Positions 11,111-23,570 of a stretch of DNA of 64,000 bases are shown in pieces. The DNA comes from Okamejei kenojei (taxonomy: Eukaryota), in assembly GCA_035221665.1 (NCBI GenBank), contig CM069132.1, positions 32,426,001 through 32,490,000 on the forward strand, read 5' to 3'. Made by a program: the position numbers and the translations under genes. The notes beneath the pieces are model-generated. The model was not told where the DNA came from and searched no databases. It was given only the letters and a program-made list of their open reading frames with translations. Position 1 is the stretch's first letter, and each line of letters opens with the position of its first letter.

Positions 11111-14100
11111 TCGCTCCACGTTTACAGAAATCTTTTAACAGCCAGATGAACGACTCCATTGTCTTCTCGTATTTTCAGAGAGCAACCGTGACCAAAAATC
11201 TAGCAGATTTTTCATATGAAAAATGGGATCTTAATGTTTTGTACATTGACTTTAGAATATTTAGTGTTGGCATGATATCATGGTGTCATTGTACCATTTT
11301 TTTCACTGGGCAGTTTAACTTTAATGATAATGCCTCAAATTTATATATTTAAAAAAAAACCCTCTAATTTTTCAATGGATAATTTTAAGTGTGGACTTGA
11401 TAAGGTACCAGATTGTAAATGTTTGTGTTGAATTTATAAGATGAAGAAGCTCTTGGGTTTGGACTCTACATTGTGGAAGGCTTCAATGAAATAAGGTTTG
11501 AAAACTACATTTGGACTTAATACATGCTATTGCTGTTAGTGATTTGTGACGTCACAGCTACACGAAGAGAGCGAATTGATACTGACTCAGTTAGAATATG
11601 ACCAGAAAACATTTCTTCCACCAGCGACGAAGATAAGTAAAGAGTAAGAATTTTAGGTGGTTTATACTAAAATTTGCAGTTTTAATCCTTTCACCTTTGA
11701 TTGGTGCACTTTAGGGAATATTATATTTTTTGATGTGGGTTTCCTTTTTTTTCTTCCGCAACATTGCCTATTATTATTGCCTTGTGTTATTAAAACTGAC
11801 GCAGACTGTAAACAATGTTAAGCCTAAAAGGATGTATATTCTGAAAGTTCATGCAAGATTTATTTAAAAGGATGACCTGAAGCAATAAACATATCATGAA
11901 AATATACATGAGGTATACAAGGGAGTGTCAGGAGAAAGAAAAATCTGATTTCTAAATGGTGCGGACGTTTTTACATCTAAATTTAACTGTGGGTGGGGGG
12001 GGATGGGCGGGCAAGATTTGTCTTTTTACATGAGTAAAAAAATTGAGGCCATGTAATCAGGTATGGGACCAAAGTGAGCCTAGGAAATATTTGATCTGGT
12101 TTTGTACGCTGGGTGAAAGTTACATTTATATTTTTATATTGTGCCTCATGATGAGAATTATTCAAGCATGAGAGTTGGATGACCTCTTTGTTTTGTAACG
12201 GAGTGGAAGATAAAAATTGGTCAGGGTGTTGGGAAAACTGCCAATCTCTTCCAAACAGCCCAGTGGTTCATTAATCTCCAGCTAAACAGGTAGTTAAGGC
12301 TTTGATTAGATGCCTTGTCTGAAAGTAGTGTTTTTTGTTGCACACAAATTTCAGCGTAAATTTCATGTTCTGTTGAAACAAACCAGCACTCCTGCCTGCA
12401 TGCATGGGACTGAGCAATGCTAATTGTTAACCCTTTGAAATAGAGGATCCTAAACTAAATTATGGTGGGACCCAGTTAGCAGAGATGCTACCTCAGTTTT
12501 AGCAACCTAGATTCTATTTCCACCTGTGTTTTCTGTGTGCAGCTTATATGTGCTCGCTTTGACTGCGGTTTTCCCCTGGGTGCTCCAGTTTCCTCCCACA
12601 TTTCCAGTTAGTAGATTAAATGACCACTAATAATTGCTGTTGGAAATGCTGATGAGTGATAGAATTTGGGAGAGATGATGAAAATATGGGCAGAATAAAA
12701 TGCATTGGGGTAAGTATAGTGTCAATGGTTGATTGGTGTGGAATGGTAGGCCAGAGGTCATGTTTCCATGCTGTGTGAGTTTGAGTCCTTCAGATATTAG
12801 ATTGGGACATGATATGTAATCATTATCTTTGTTTTCCCATAAATTACTAAATTCTACTCCACCAATGTGTCCTTGATTTAGAACTGACTATGCACATTGG
12901 CACAGTGCCAACAGTGCCACAACAGTAGAAAAACGAATGAAGAACTTAAATGTTATATTTTTAAATGATTCTATACCCAATTGTGGATATAGAATATGAT
13001 TTACCAGATGTGAACACATCTTTTTTAAATGCTTTGAAAAATATTTGGACAATGAGTCAAGGTTGTTTTAAAATCGTATTGGGTTAAGTTCTTTCTATGC
13101 CCTCTCCTTTTGTATTGGCTCATTCCTGCCAATGTAGCTGTGCTATCCTATGTTGGAAATGAAAAGCAAATGTACAATGGATCACTTGAATACAGAAGTC
13201 TTTTATTTTTATATAAGATTTGAAGGCACTCTATTTTTGCACCCCAATTGCAAAATGTGATTATCTTGTAGCATTTTGGTGTTGAGGATCACAATGTAGA
13301 AAGTATGGTCTGCTTTCTTTTCTTCCTATTGAAAAATAACCACAGGATGTGTATAATATTTGCAAATGCTGCATATATGTCTACATTCACCTAACTATAG
13401 CAATACAGAAAATAGATGAGCTAGATGGTTTGATGGCTTCCCTCATCTGTAAATTGGACATGAATCCTGAATGTTGGGGAATGTAATGTATAATTTAAAA
13501 TTATTTTTGTAGATCCAGGCAGCTAATCACTGGAAATGACTAAAGGGCTTTGACTTGTATAAATATAATTATCTCTGGGCTTCCATAATGTGTAATATTT
13601 TGATTTAAACTATTTTTGCATTCATATTGAGGTAACATTTTTAATCGTTCATGGTCATGCACTGACTTGACTTTATAAGCAATTTTAAGTGGTTTCTGAT
13701 GTTGAGGTGAAAGATTGTAAATCAATTTGGTTGTTCCTTATACTAAGCAGTTATGTCAACATTGGAATTGCATATGATCCCAGTAGTTGAGATATGACTG
13801 CTAAAGAAAAAACAACTTTGGATATCAACTCAAATGTATAATGATTTGTTTTCTAAAATTAAAAAAGGGTATTATTTTTGACTAACAAACTAATTTTCTA
13901 ATTAACCTTTTTGTAAAATATTGCAGCATTGCTGTTCTCCAGCTTCTTTTCTGAGTCTCAACATAGTGAATGAATAGCCTGTTAGAGGTGAATTGTATAT
14001 TGCCTAGTTGCCCGCAGAAGCTGTAACATCAGTGCAATGAAACAGGATATTTTTTGTTCTCCAGTTGCTAGCTCGCTGGCGGGCTAGCCATCGTTAAAAG

Positions 14101-14440
14101 CTACTCAGAGGAAAAACATTGATTGACATTGATTTCTTAAAACAAGATTTTTTAGTAACTTTGTGAGCAGTCACAACACCATTATCTGCTTCACGTATGT
14201 TGGTGAGATTCAAGAGAGGACACTTGGATTTTTTTCTACCTACATTTGTTTTTCAATAATGTATTGCATGCACTTTACAAAATCCGATACTCCTGAATCT
14301 ATTCTTTGTGGTGCTTTTAGGTATTTCTGTTGGACATTGTTATGGAAATTATTGTAATCAACTTGTGTAAACTCCTTATTGTAATAACCTCCTAGTGTTT
14401 TTCATCAGCAATAAAAGTATTGCAGGGAATTGCATCAAAT
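11111..14440 (+). other. GALNT12: Probable GALNT12 3' UTR with candidate polyA signals (AATAAA at 11884 and 14410)
   Basis: AT-rich, largely TE-poor stretch after the stop; distal AATAAA followed by GT/T-rich sequence. End point is inferred. Confidence 0.5.
12470..12790 (+). mobile_element. Older SINE copy in the putative 3' UTR
   Basis: gggtgctccagtttcctcccacat core and CR1-like tail. Confidence 0.6.
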
Positions 14441-15169
14441 CTTCAAAGTTGTGAGTTTTCTTATTTACCTGGATTGTTGTGTGATCATGGGGATGCATTG
14501 ATGAACTTGTATTAAGACCTTTGGTTAACCATAGCTTAAATGCACTGAGCAAGTTTGAACTACGGGGAAATTGACCCTGGGCAATCTTGCATACCAGTAG
14601 AACTGAAGTCTAAGGGTTAGCTGAAGAATAAGCGAGTGCAGTATTCTGAAAAACGCAAGGAATCATGGGATTTGTCAAAGGTCAATCCCTATAAAGAAAA
14701 CGTATGGGAGAGCGGGGCGTGACAGTGAGATAAAGGGGGCAGATGCGAGTGGGAGACGGGGGGGGGGGGGGGGGGGGCGCGGGGTAGGACTGGCGGAGAG
14801 ACATCCTTGGCAGCTGCACGCACACAGACCAGCGCCTGATCGGTAACCAGGATTGAACCCGGGTCCCAAGCGCTGCAAGCGCTGAGAATCCACCACTGGA
14901 CTGTTTCCCCCCCCCCCCCCCCCCCGTCTGGGGGGTGGCCAGATTTCTCTGGACCGATGGGACACAGGTCTGGAGCAGCGGCCCACAGGCCAGTGCAGAG
15001 AAGAATCGCCAACTTCAGGCACAGCCAAGCTGGAGCCAGCGCCTCCCTCCATCCCGCGCAAGCCCAAGGCCACCTCGCACACCCCAAACGGGGATGGCCC
15101 AGCAGGAACTCAACAGCGCCGGAGACCTGGGCACGACCCCGACCAAGGACAAAAAGCAGGCCAACACAC

Positions 15170-15660
15170 AACGATGCACCTCAGCTGCCGAGAATGTTTA
15201 TAGTGAGTGACCTATGACCTGGGCATGCACAGTCGGAATACCGAACTCACTTATTACAAACATTGATTTGGCAAAGAAATTAGGCTTTCATGTTAAAAAG
15301 GCTTCAAGGAATTCCCAAAGCAAAAGGCTCTGTCACCGGGAAAATATTAAAGGATGTTCTCAAAACCTTGTTGAAAAAGTGCAGCACCCCCACTAATCAG
15401 TAAATCCGTGAGCATGACTAAGTATGTGGAGAAGGAACATTCAGAATGGCATTGAGAACCTTGCATCCGTGTGACTGGAAAACACTGAAGCCTTGCATAA
15501 ATAGTGGAAGGTGTGTACACCCTCCTACTAAAACAATTTATCCTGTACTTCCTGGGGTACAGGGGGTACCTCATTGGTCACAGCTGGAGCACCTTCCGTC
15601 CCATCTATGGTTGTGGTTGATGTTGAAATTCCTATATTAGTTGCATAACCCACATATATG
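15170..15660 (+). mobile_element. Degraded RTE-type LINE C-terminal/3' fragment
   Basis: Broken frames read KDVLKTLLKKC...WRRNIQNGIENL, similar to the RTE C-terminus at 52050-52350. Confidence 0.5.
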
Positions 15661-16095
15661 GAGTGGAAGGACAAGAGGATTTCAAGTTCAAGTGAGTTTA
15701 TTGTCATGTGTCCCTGATAGGACAGTGAAATTCTTGCTTTGCTTCAGCACAACAGAACATAGTAGGCATTGACTAAACAGATCAGTGTGTCCATATATCA
15801 TTAGATATATATACACACACAAGAATAAATAAACATTTATTCCCATTGATGGAAAATAAAAGAGTTATTAGTGTTTTAAAAATGCTGAGATTCTCTCTCC
15901 TGAAGGCCACTCCCCTTCCTGAGGGATTATAAAATCCGAAGTGTTGAGTGCCTCAGTCAGTCTCTGCAAGATGGGGGAAGTGAGAGGGTCACGTCTCTCA
16001 GCCTGAGCTGTGAATAACACTGAACACATGTCTACTAAACTGTGAGTGTGTTTTTACGAACCTTGAGTGCCCTTAATATGGTTTGAAAATGAAAA

Positions 16096-17270
16096 TGTGG
16101 TTGGTTTGAAATGAAGCACAGCAAAAGGGTGGTGGTGGTTGGTTTGAAATAAAGCACAGCAAATGGTTGGTGGTGGTTGGTTTGAAATGAAGCACAGCAA
16201 ATGGTTGGTGGTGGTTGGTTTGAAATGAAGCACAATTCCTTTGTCTAAATCGTTAATATATATTGTAAATAACTGGGGTCCTTTGTTCTTTGGTTGCTTT
16301 GTTCCTTTAGGTACAGGTTTGGAAGATCTTGTTTATGAAGCCCTAATGAGTGGACAGAATGCATCCTGAACTTGATCCAGACTGCAGCTAAGTTGTTTCA
16401 GAAATGGAACAAATTAATATTCAATTAGATGGATGTGGTGCTAACTAATCTGATGTTTAGTGCTGGATTGTATTAACAGCTTTAGCATTGAAACAATACT
16501 CATTCAAGCAACTGGAGCATATTTCTTCACATGCCTGATTTGTGTCTTGTAGATAATGGAAGAGTTTGCGGAAATTGCTTGTCAATGACAAGGCATTTAT
16601 TATTGATAGCATTCTCTTCTATTTACATTTGGTCATACACAAAGCAGTTTTCACCCAGATGCACCAACATCTGTACAACATAAAGGCTGAGATGAATATT
16701 AATTTCAGCTGTTTTAAGAGCTTACTTTCAACAATGAAAAGGCTCAGCCGTCTAAGACAAAACAGCCTTGTTCTCTTGGCAACCTATTTTAAGCCATTCA
16801 TTCCCTCCTGGGTAAAAAAATCTCAGGCCCTGGAAATCTGTAGTAAAAGCAGTTATCTTTCCATAGATGCTGACTGACCTGTTTTTTTTTTTTATTCAGC
16901 ACTTTCTGCAAGTGCTCCCTACTGCTTGACCACAATGTGGCTGCGGTGTGTACCAAATACAAGGTCATAGAACTCCATCAGACCCACTGAATGCCTTGTT
17001 AACCTCCATATCTCTATCACCAAATCAAACAAGGGCAGCAGGTACATGAGTCATCACATTTCCCTTATAGACACACACACCTGCTGACGTGGAACTATGT
17101 TGCCACTCATTCATTGCCACGGAGTCAAAATCCAGCAATTTGCAACCTGCAGAAATGATGGGAGGAACTTGACTGCAAGTACGGAAGTGGTTGAAAAAGG
17201 TGGCATTGCATAGTTAATTCTAATTAGGGACAAGCAATAAATGTAGACTTAAACGTGAATTATTAAAAAT
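16096..17270 (+). repeat. Copy 1 of ~1.15-kb direct duplication (starts in a ~35-bp tandem repeat)
   Basis: Colinear with 20413-21553, about 30 differences counted by eye. Confidence 0.95.
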
Positions 17271-20200
17271 ATATATTTTTTCCCTATTATCAAAAAGAAA
17301 TCCAAGAAATGTCTTTGGTTTACTGTTTATATTAAATTTGAATCTGGAACTCCTAATATTATTAATTTTGGATCTGGGTCCAGTTTAATTTTAAGAACTT
17401 CAGAGATAACTCAAGATTTCTGTCCAATAATAATTGAGTTTTATACTTGTTACAAAACTATGCGTTAAATTAGCTTCCAAGTTCTGACATTTATCACAAA
17501 TAGGAGAAATGTTAGAATAAATTCTATTTAATTTCGTTTTTGAATAATGTAATCTGTGTAATACCTTAAATTGTATCAATATATGTCTAGCATTTAATGA
17601 GCAACGATGTTGGCTTTCTTCCCAAGTTTCCTTCGTTATAGATAAACCTATTTCATTTTCCCATGTTTGTCGATATATTTCCGGTTGGGATTTCCCTATC
17701 CAAGATAGTATTGTATATATACGCTATTAATTTTTCCGTATTTGGGTGTTTATTAAACAATTCATCTAATAATCCTGGTTTTCTATTTTTAGTCTTGCGT
17801 ATTTGACTTAATATAGTTTCTAATTTGTAAATACCTAAAAATGTTATATGATTGCAATCCATAGATATCCTGTAACTCTTGAAATGAAATATATTTTCCT
17901 TTCTTATAAAGGTGTTCTATCCTTTTAATTCCTAAATCATTTCAGTGTCTAAACCCCTTGTCCAATACAGAGGGCTTAAACAAAGGATTATTCATAATTG
18001 GCAAACAAAGTGACAAATTATCCATATGTAGGGTTTTAACTATTTGTTTCCAAATACGTCTATTGCTATGAATTATAGGGTTATCACCATACTTTTTTTT
18101 TGTACTTCCCTTGGTGCAAAAAGAATCGAACCTACATCAAAAGGCAAACAGTCTTCCTTTTCCATCTTTAGCCAGCTTGGTTCATAATCTAAATTTACCA
18201 ACCAAAAATTCATATTCTTAATCTGAACTGCCCAGAAATAATATAAGAAATTTGGTAGTGCTAGTCCACCATTTATTTTAGATTTGCATAGATGTTTTTT
18301 ACTTATTCGATGATTTTTATAGTCCCAAATAAAACTATTAACCAAAGTATCTATTTAAAAAATAAAAACATTTTAGGGAGATATAAAGGGATGGCTTGAA
18401 ATAAATATAACATTTGTGGCAAAAAAATCATTTTTATAGCATTTATTCTACCGATCATTGAAATAGGTAGTGTTTTCCAATATAAAATATTTTTTTTAGT
18501 TTATTTAACAATTGAGGGTAATTGTATTTAAATAGACAGTTATAGAATTTAGATACATTAATTCCTAGATATTTAAATTTGTCCGTGACTATTTTAAGTG
18601 GGAATTGTTCTAGTATATTTATTTTATTCCAGTTATAGGCATAATTTCACTTTTATTCCAGTTAATTCTATACCCAGAAAATGTGCCAAACTTAGTTATA
18701 ACATTGGGAATACTAATATTGGGAATATAGATTCGGAATACTAATCTCCGGTTTTGTGATATAAATTAAGATGTCATCTGCGTATAGAGATATTTTATTA
18801 TTTGTAGTTTTGGTATTATATCCATATATTTCTGGTTCTGATCTAATCATTTTGGCTAATGGTTCTATTACCAGAGCAAATAGTAATGGTGATAACGGGC
18901 ATCCTTGTCTACAACCCCTAAAGAGATTACATTTTGCTGATAACATTTGATTTGTTAATATTCTTGCAGTTGGATTTGAGTATATGATTTTTACCCATTT
19001 GGAAAATCTATCCCCCGTTGAAATTTCTGCATTATTTTAAATAAATATGGCCAATCAACCTGGTCAAATGCTTTTTCAGCATCTAAGGATAATGACAGCT
19101 AGTTCAATATCATTCATTCTTTTTGAGTATATGATATTGAATAGACGTCTCAGATTATAAGATGAATAGTGTTTTGGTGTAAAACCTGTTTGGTCATGAT
19201 GTATTAAGTTATTAATCACTAAACTTAACCTCCAAGATAAAATTTTAGTTAGTATTTTTTGATCAGTATTTAAAAGAGCTATTGCTCTGTATGACCCAGG
19301 GTCTTCCAAATCTTTATCAGCTTTAGGGATAAGTGTAATTGTAGATTCATTTAATGATTCTGGTAACTTTCCTTGTTCATAAGCATGTTTATATATTATA
19401 TGTACACGTGGAGAGATCAGATCATAAAACCTCTTATAAAATTCAACACTTAAGCCATCAGGGCCTGCGGCTTTTCCGTTATTTAATGATCCAATTGATT
19501 CTTCAATATCTTTTACTGATATATCAGCATTTAACAAGTCTCTACCTTCCTGATCCAAACTATTAATATGACATTCTTGTAGGAAAGTTTCCATTCCATC
19601 TGGTTGTCCTGCTAGTTTAGATGGGTAAAGATGTTGATAATATTGTAAAAATGTATCATTGATATCTTTTAGTAAAGTCAATATTTCTCCTTGTTCAGAT
19701 CTAATTTTATGTATCATTTTCTCCTCATCTAATTTTCTAAGCTGGCGTGCCAGTAATTTTTGTGGTTTATCCCCAAATTCAAAGTGTACTTGTTTAGTCT
19801 GTTGAAAACGTTTAATAATCTGATTTGAATATATTTTATTTAGCTTATATTTTAATGATGCAATTTTATTACTTAGCCCCTTTGAAGGGGATATTGCATT
19901 TTCAATATCTAATTGTTTTATTTCATTTTCCAACTTTTGTTGAGTCTATCGATTTTCCTTATTAAAGTATGCGTGTGCTGATATTATCGCACCACGCATA
20001 AATGCTTTAAATGTATCCCAAAGCAGTGATGGTGAAATTCCAGGTTTGTCACTAGTTTAAAAAAATAATTTAATCTGTTTTACCAAGTAATCATAACAAG
20101 CCTTATCTTTTAATATTTGGGGGTTGAGTCTCCAGTTAGAGGTTTTAATAGTTATGTCTTTTAATTTTATCTTAAATGTTAATGGAGCATGATCTGAGAT

Positions 20201-20412
20201 AATAATATTATGATATTTTGAGTCATACGTAAATGGGATTAGTTTTGAATCTATTAAAAAATAGTCTATCCTTGAATAGGTTCCGAATACAGGGGAAAAA
20301 AATGAATATTCTCGATCAGATGGGTTATCTGTTCTCCAAATATCCTTAACATTTGCTGTGTTAATAAAATAATTTATAAGTGTACTTGACTTAGAAGTGG
20401 TTTTCCTTTTCA
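17271..20412 (-). mobile_element. L1/Tx1-type LINE ORF2 fragment (end of APE endonuclease, RT, C-terminal Cys region), truncated at both ends
   Basis: YSRIDYF...SDHAP, GKAAGPDG, RQGCPLSPLLF, LYADD, CDKC motifs on minus strand. Confidence 0.92.
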
Positions 20413-21553
20413 TGTGGTTGGTTTGAAAAAGCACAGCAAATGGTTGGTGGTGGTTGGTTTGAAATGAAGCACATTGAAAGGGTAGTGGTGGTTAGTTTGA
20501 AATGAAGCACAATTCCTTTGTCTAAATCGTTAATATGTATTGTAAATAACTGGGGTCCTTTGTTCTTTGGTTGCTTTGTTCCTTTAGGTAACAGGTTTGG
20601 AAGATCTTGTTTATGAAGCCCTAATGAGTGGACAGAATGCATCCTGAACTTGATCCAGACTGCAGCTAAGTTGTTTCAGAAATGGAACAAATTAATATTC
20701 AAGTAGATGGATGTGGTGCCAACTAATCTGATGTTTAGTGCTGGATTGTATTAAACAGCTTTAGCATTGAAACAATGCTCATTCAAGCAACTGGAGCATA
20801 TTTCTTCACATGCCTGATTTGTGTCTTGTAGATAATGGGAAGAGTTTGTGGAAATTGCTTGTCAATGGCAAGGCATTTATTATTGATAGCATTCTCTTCT
20901 ATTTACATTTGGTCATACATGAAGCAGTTTTCACCCACATGCACCAACATCTGTACAACACAAAGGCTGAGATGAATATTAATTTCAGCTGTTTTAAGAG
21001 CTTACTTTCAACAATGAAAAGGCTCAGCCGTCTAAGACAAAACAGCCTCGTTCTCTTGGCAACCTATTTTAAGCCATTCATTCCCTCCTGGGTAAAAAAA
21101 ATCGCAGGCCCTGGAAATCTGTAGTAAAAGCAGTTATCTTTCCATAGATGCTGACTGGCCTGTTTTTTTTAATTTTTATTCAGCATTTTCTGCAAGTGCT
21201 CCCTACTGCTTGACCACAATGTGGCTGCGGTGTGTACCAAATACAAGGTCATAGAACTCCATCAGACCACTGAATGCCTTGTTAACCTCCATATCTCTAT
21301 CACCAAATCAAACAAGGGCAGCTGGTACATGAGTCATCACATTCCCCTTATAGACACACACACCTACTGACGTGGAACTATGTTGCCACTCATTCATTGC
21401 CACGGAGTCAAAATCCAGCAATTTGCAACCTGCTGAAATGATGGGAGGAACTTGACTGCAAGTACGGAAGTGGTTGAAAAAGATGGCATTGCATAGTTAA
21501 TTCTAATTAAGGATGAGCAATAAATGTTGACCTAAACATGAATTATTAAAAAT
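20413..21553 (+). repeat. Copy 2 of ~1.15-kb direct duplication
   Basis: Colinear with 16096-17270. Confidence 0.95.
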
Positions 21554-21569
21554 AAACACCCATATTCTG

Positions 21570-22445
21570 CTGGATGCAAGGAAATGCTGTTGCTGGTTTA
21601 CAAAAAAAGACACAAAGTGCTGGAGTAACCCTGTGGGAGATTTCAGTCTATATATGATTCCAGACCATACCAATGTACTCTTCACCCCCTCCCCAGGTAC
21701 CTTCCCTTGCAATGGCAGGAGATGCGTCACCTGTCCCTATACCTCCTCCTTCGACTCCAGGGAGTCCTTTCAGGTTAGGCAGTGGTTTCCTTGCACCTCT
21801 TCCAACCTCATCTACTGTATCCGTTGTTCAAGGTGTGGACTCATACACATCGGCGAGACTGTACGATCGTTTTGATGAACACCTTTGCTCAGTTTGCCTG
21901 GACCTACCAGATCTCCAGGCTGGTTGCCAAACACTTTAATTATCCTTCCCATTTCCACACTGACCTTTCTGTCCTTGGCCTCCCCCATTGTCAGAGTGAG
22001 GCCAAATGCAAATTGGAGGAGCAGCATGTCACATTTCGCTTGGGCAGCATACAACCCAGTGCTATGACTTTTGATTTCTCTAACTTCAAGTAACCCTTGC
22101 ATCCCTCTTCTCTCTTCATCCCTCCCCCATCCAAGTTGTACTAGCTTCAAAGTTGTATTGTTGAGTCTCATTGTCTGTAACTCATTCTCACCTAACACAC
22201 AGCTAACAATGGCCTTTTTCCTTTATCATCGTTACCTTTTTTGCATATCTTTCATTCATTTGTTCTATATCTACATCACCATCTATATCTCTCGTTTCCC
22301 TTTCCCCTGACTTTCAGTCTGAAGAAGGGGCTTGAACCGAAACGTCACCTATTCCTTTTCCCCAGAGATGCTGTCTGACCTGCTGAGTTACTCCAGCTTT
22401 TTGTGACTATGTTTGGTGCAAACCAGCATCTGTTGTTTCTTTCAA
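21570..22445 (+). mobile_element. Penelope-like element 3' part: GIY-YIG endonuclease remnant plus pLTR, with short inverted copy of the terminus at its 5' end
   Basis: PGTFPCNGRRCVTC...SSNLIYCIRCSRCGLIHIGET; 21585-21630 is the reverse complement of ~22385-22430. Confidence 0.88.
22319..22346 (+). ncRNA. Minimal type I hammerhead-like motif in Penelope pLTR (stem II partly decayed)
   Basis: CTGAAGA-A-ggggcttgaacc-GAAAC-GTC. Confidence 0.55.
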
Positions 22446-23029
22446 CATTACTCTTCACTGCTCCTTAGCTCAAGGGTAATGAGGATAGGGCAATGGCCAC
22501 ATCATGTGAATTAATAACTTTTCAAATATACAAAAGGATACGAAGTGCTGGAGGTTTGAAGAAAGGTCTCGATCTGAAACGTCATGTAGCTATGTTTTCC
22601 AGAGATGCTGTGTGACCTGCTAAATTACTCGAGCAATTTGTGTATTTTTCTTTATCTCTTTTTGGCTGTTTTGGATTTATTTAGTGGGCTAGTTTGAAAA
22701 GTTAGTTATTTGTTTGAAACAAAGCATGACAATTGAATCTAATCTGCCCCTCATGATCTAATCAAGAGTAGGCAGATTGAATGCACATCCACTGCAGGAA
22801 CTCAAGTCTAATTTATTTTAGTACTAACGGTAGCACTTTTGTCAACCGTTGAGCTCAATGCGGACTAAAGCAACCTGCAACTGAGCTCCTTTGTTTTAAG
22901 ATGCTTCAAATACATCCAATGAATGGTGAAGCCATGCGGGTTGAATGTGCTTTGGACACAGTTCCTGGTCTCCACAGAGTAGTTAACTGATAACAGCTGG
23001 CATTGCAGCTCTGCACTTGATCTGCATTG

Positions 23030-23410
23030 AATTGAATTGAATTTAATACATTTTTTTAGCTGAATATGTATACATACAAGGAATTTGCTTTGGTGCTTTG
23101 CTTGCATGTTATACAGCAGACAATTAAAGATAAAACATTATGATTTATTCAATCATGTGAAGAATGAAAAAAAAATACCAGAGCAAACGGAGGCAACAGA
23201 CTTTTGGTTGTTAAGTAGAGCTACTGCTCGTGTAAATAAGCTGTTTTTATGTCTGGCTGTGGCTGCTTTAACAGTCCTGAGTCGCCTTCCAGACGGAAGT
23301 GCTTCAAAGAATTTGTGGCTAGGGTGAGAGGGGTCAGAGATAATCTTACCTGCCCGCTTTCTGGCCCTTGCAGTGTACAGTTTGTCGATGGAGGGAAGGT
23401 TGCAGCCAAT
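23030..23410 (-). mobile_element. LINE 3' end (Rex/Babar or L2-like) with (TTCAA)n tail
   Basis: attgaattgaattgaa tail on plus; LPSGRRLR motif on minus. Confidence 0.6.
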
Positions 23411-23542
23411 AAACTTGGTGTAGAGAGAGTTATGCCTTGGTTGAACATAAGAGAAGGAAAAGCTTCGTTCCTGTTGATTTCAGTGACTATACAGGGACCC
23501 CTGCTGGAGATGTATATGTTCATGATAGATAAAGATTGGAGT

Positions 23543-23570
23543 CTGAAGAAGGGTTTCAGCCCGAAACGTT
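23543..23570 (+). ncRNA. Minimal hammerhead motif in ~95-bp solo Penelope-derived mini-element (23541-23635)
   Basis: CTGAAGA-A-GGGT-ttca-GCCC-GAAAC-GTT, core intact. Confidence 0.65.

Noticed and set aside
14675-15217. Overlapping GC-rich ORFs of 86-160 aa
   Set aside because: Built from a SINE fragment, poly-G/poly-C runs and repeat-like sequence; no recognisable domain or splice structure
16096-21553. LTR retrotransposon interpretation of the direct repeats
   Set aside because: No CA end, PBS, PPT or outer TSD; interior is L1, and the repeat itself is a mosaic of older TE scraps
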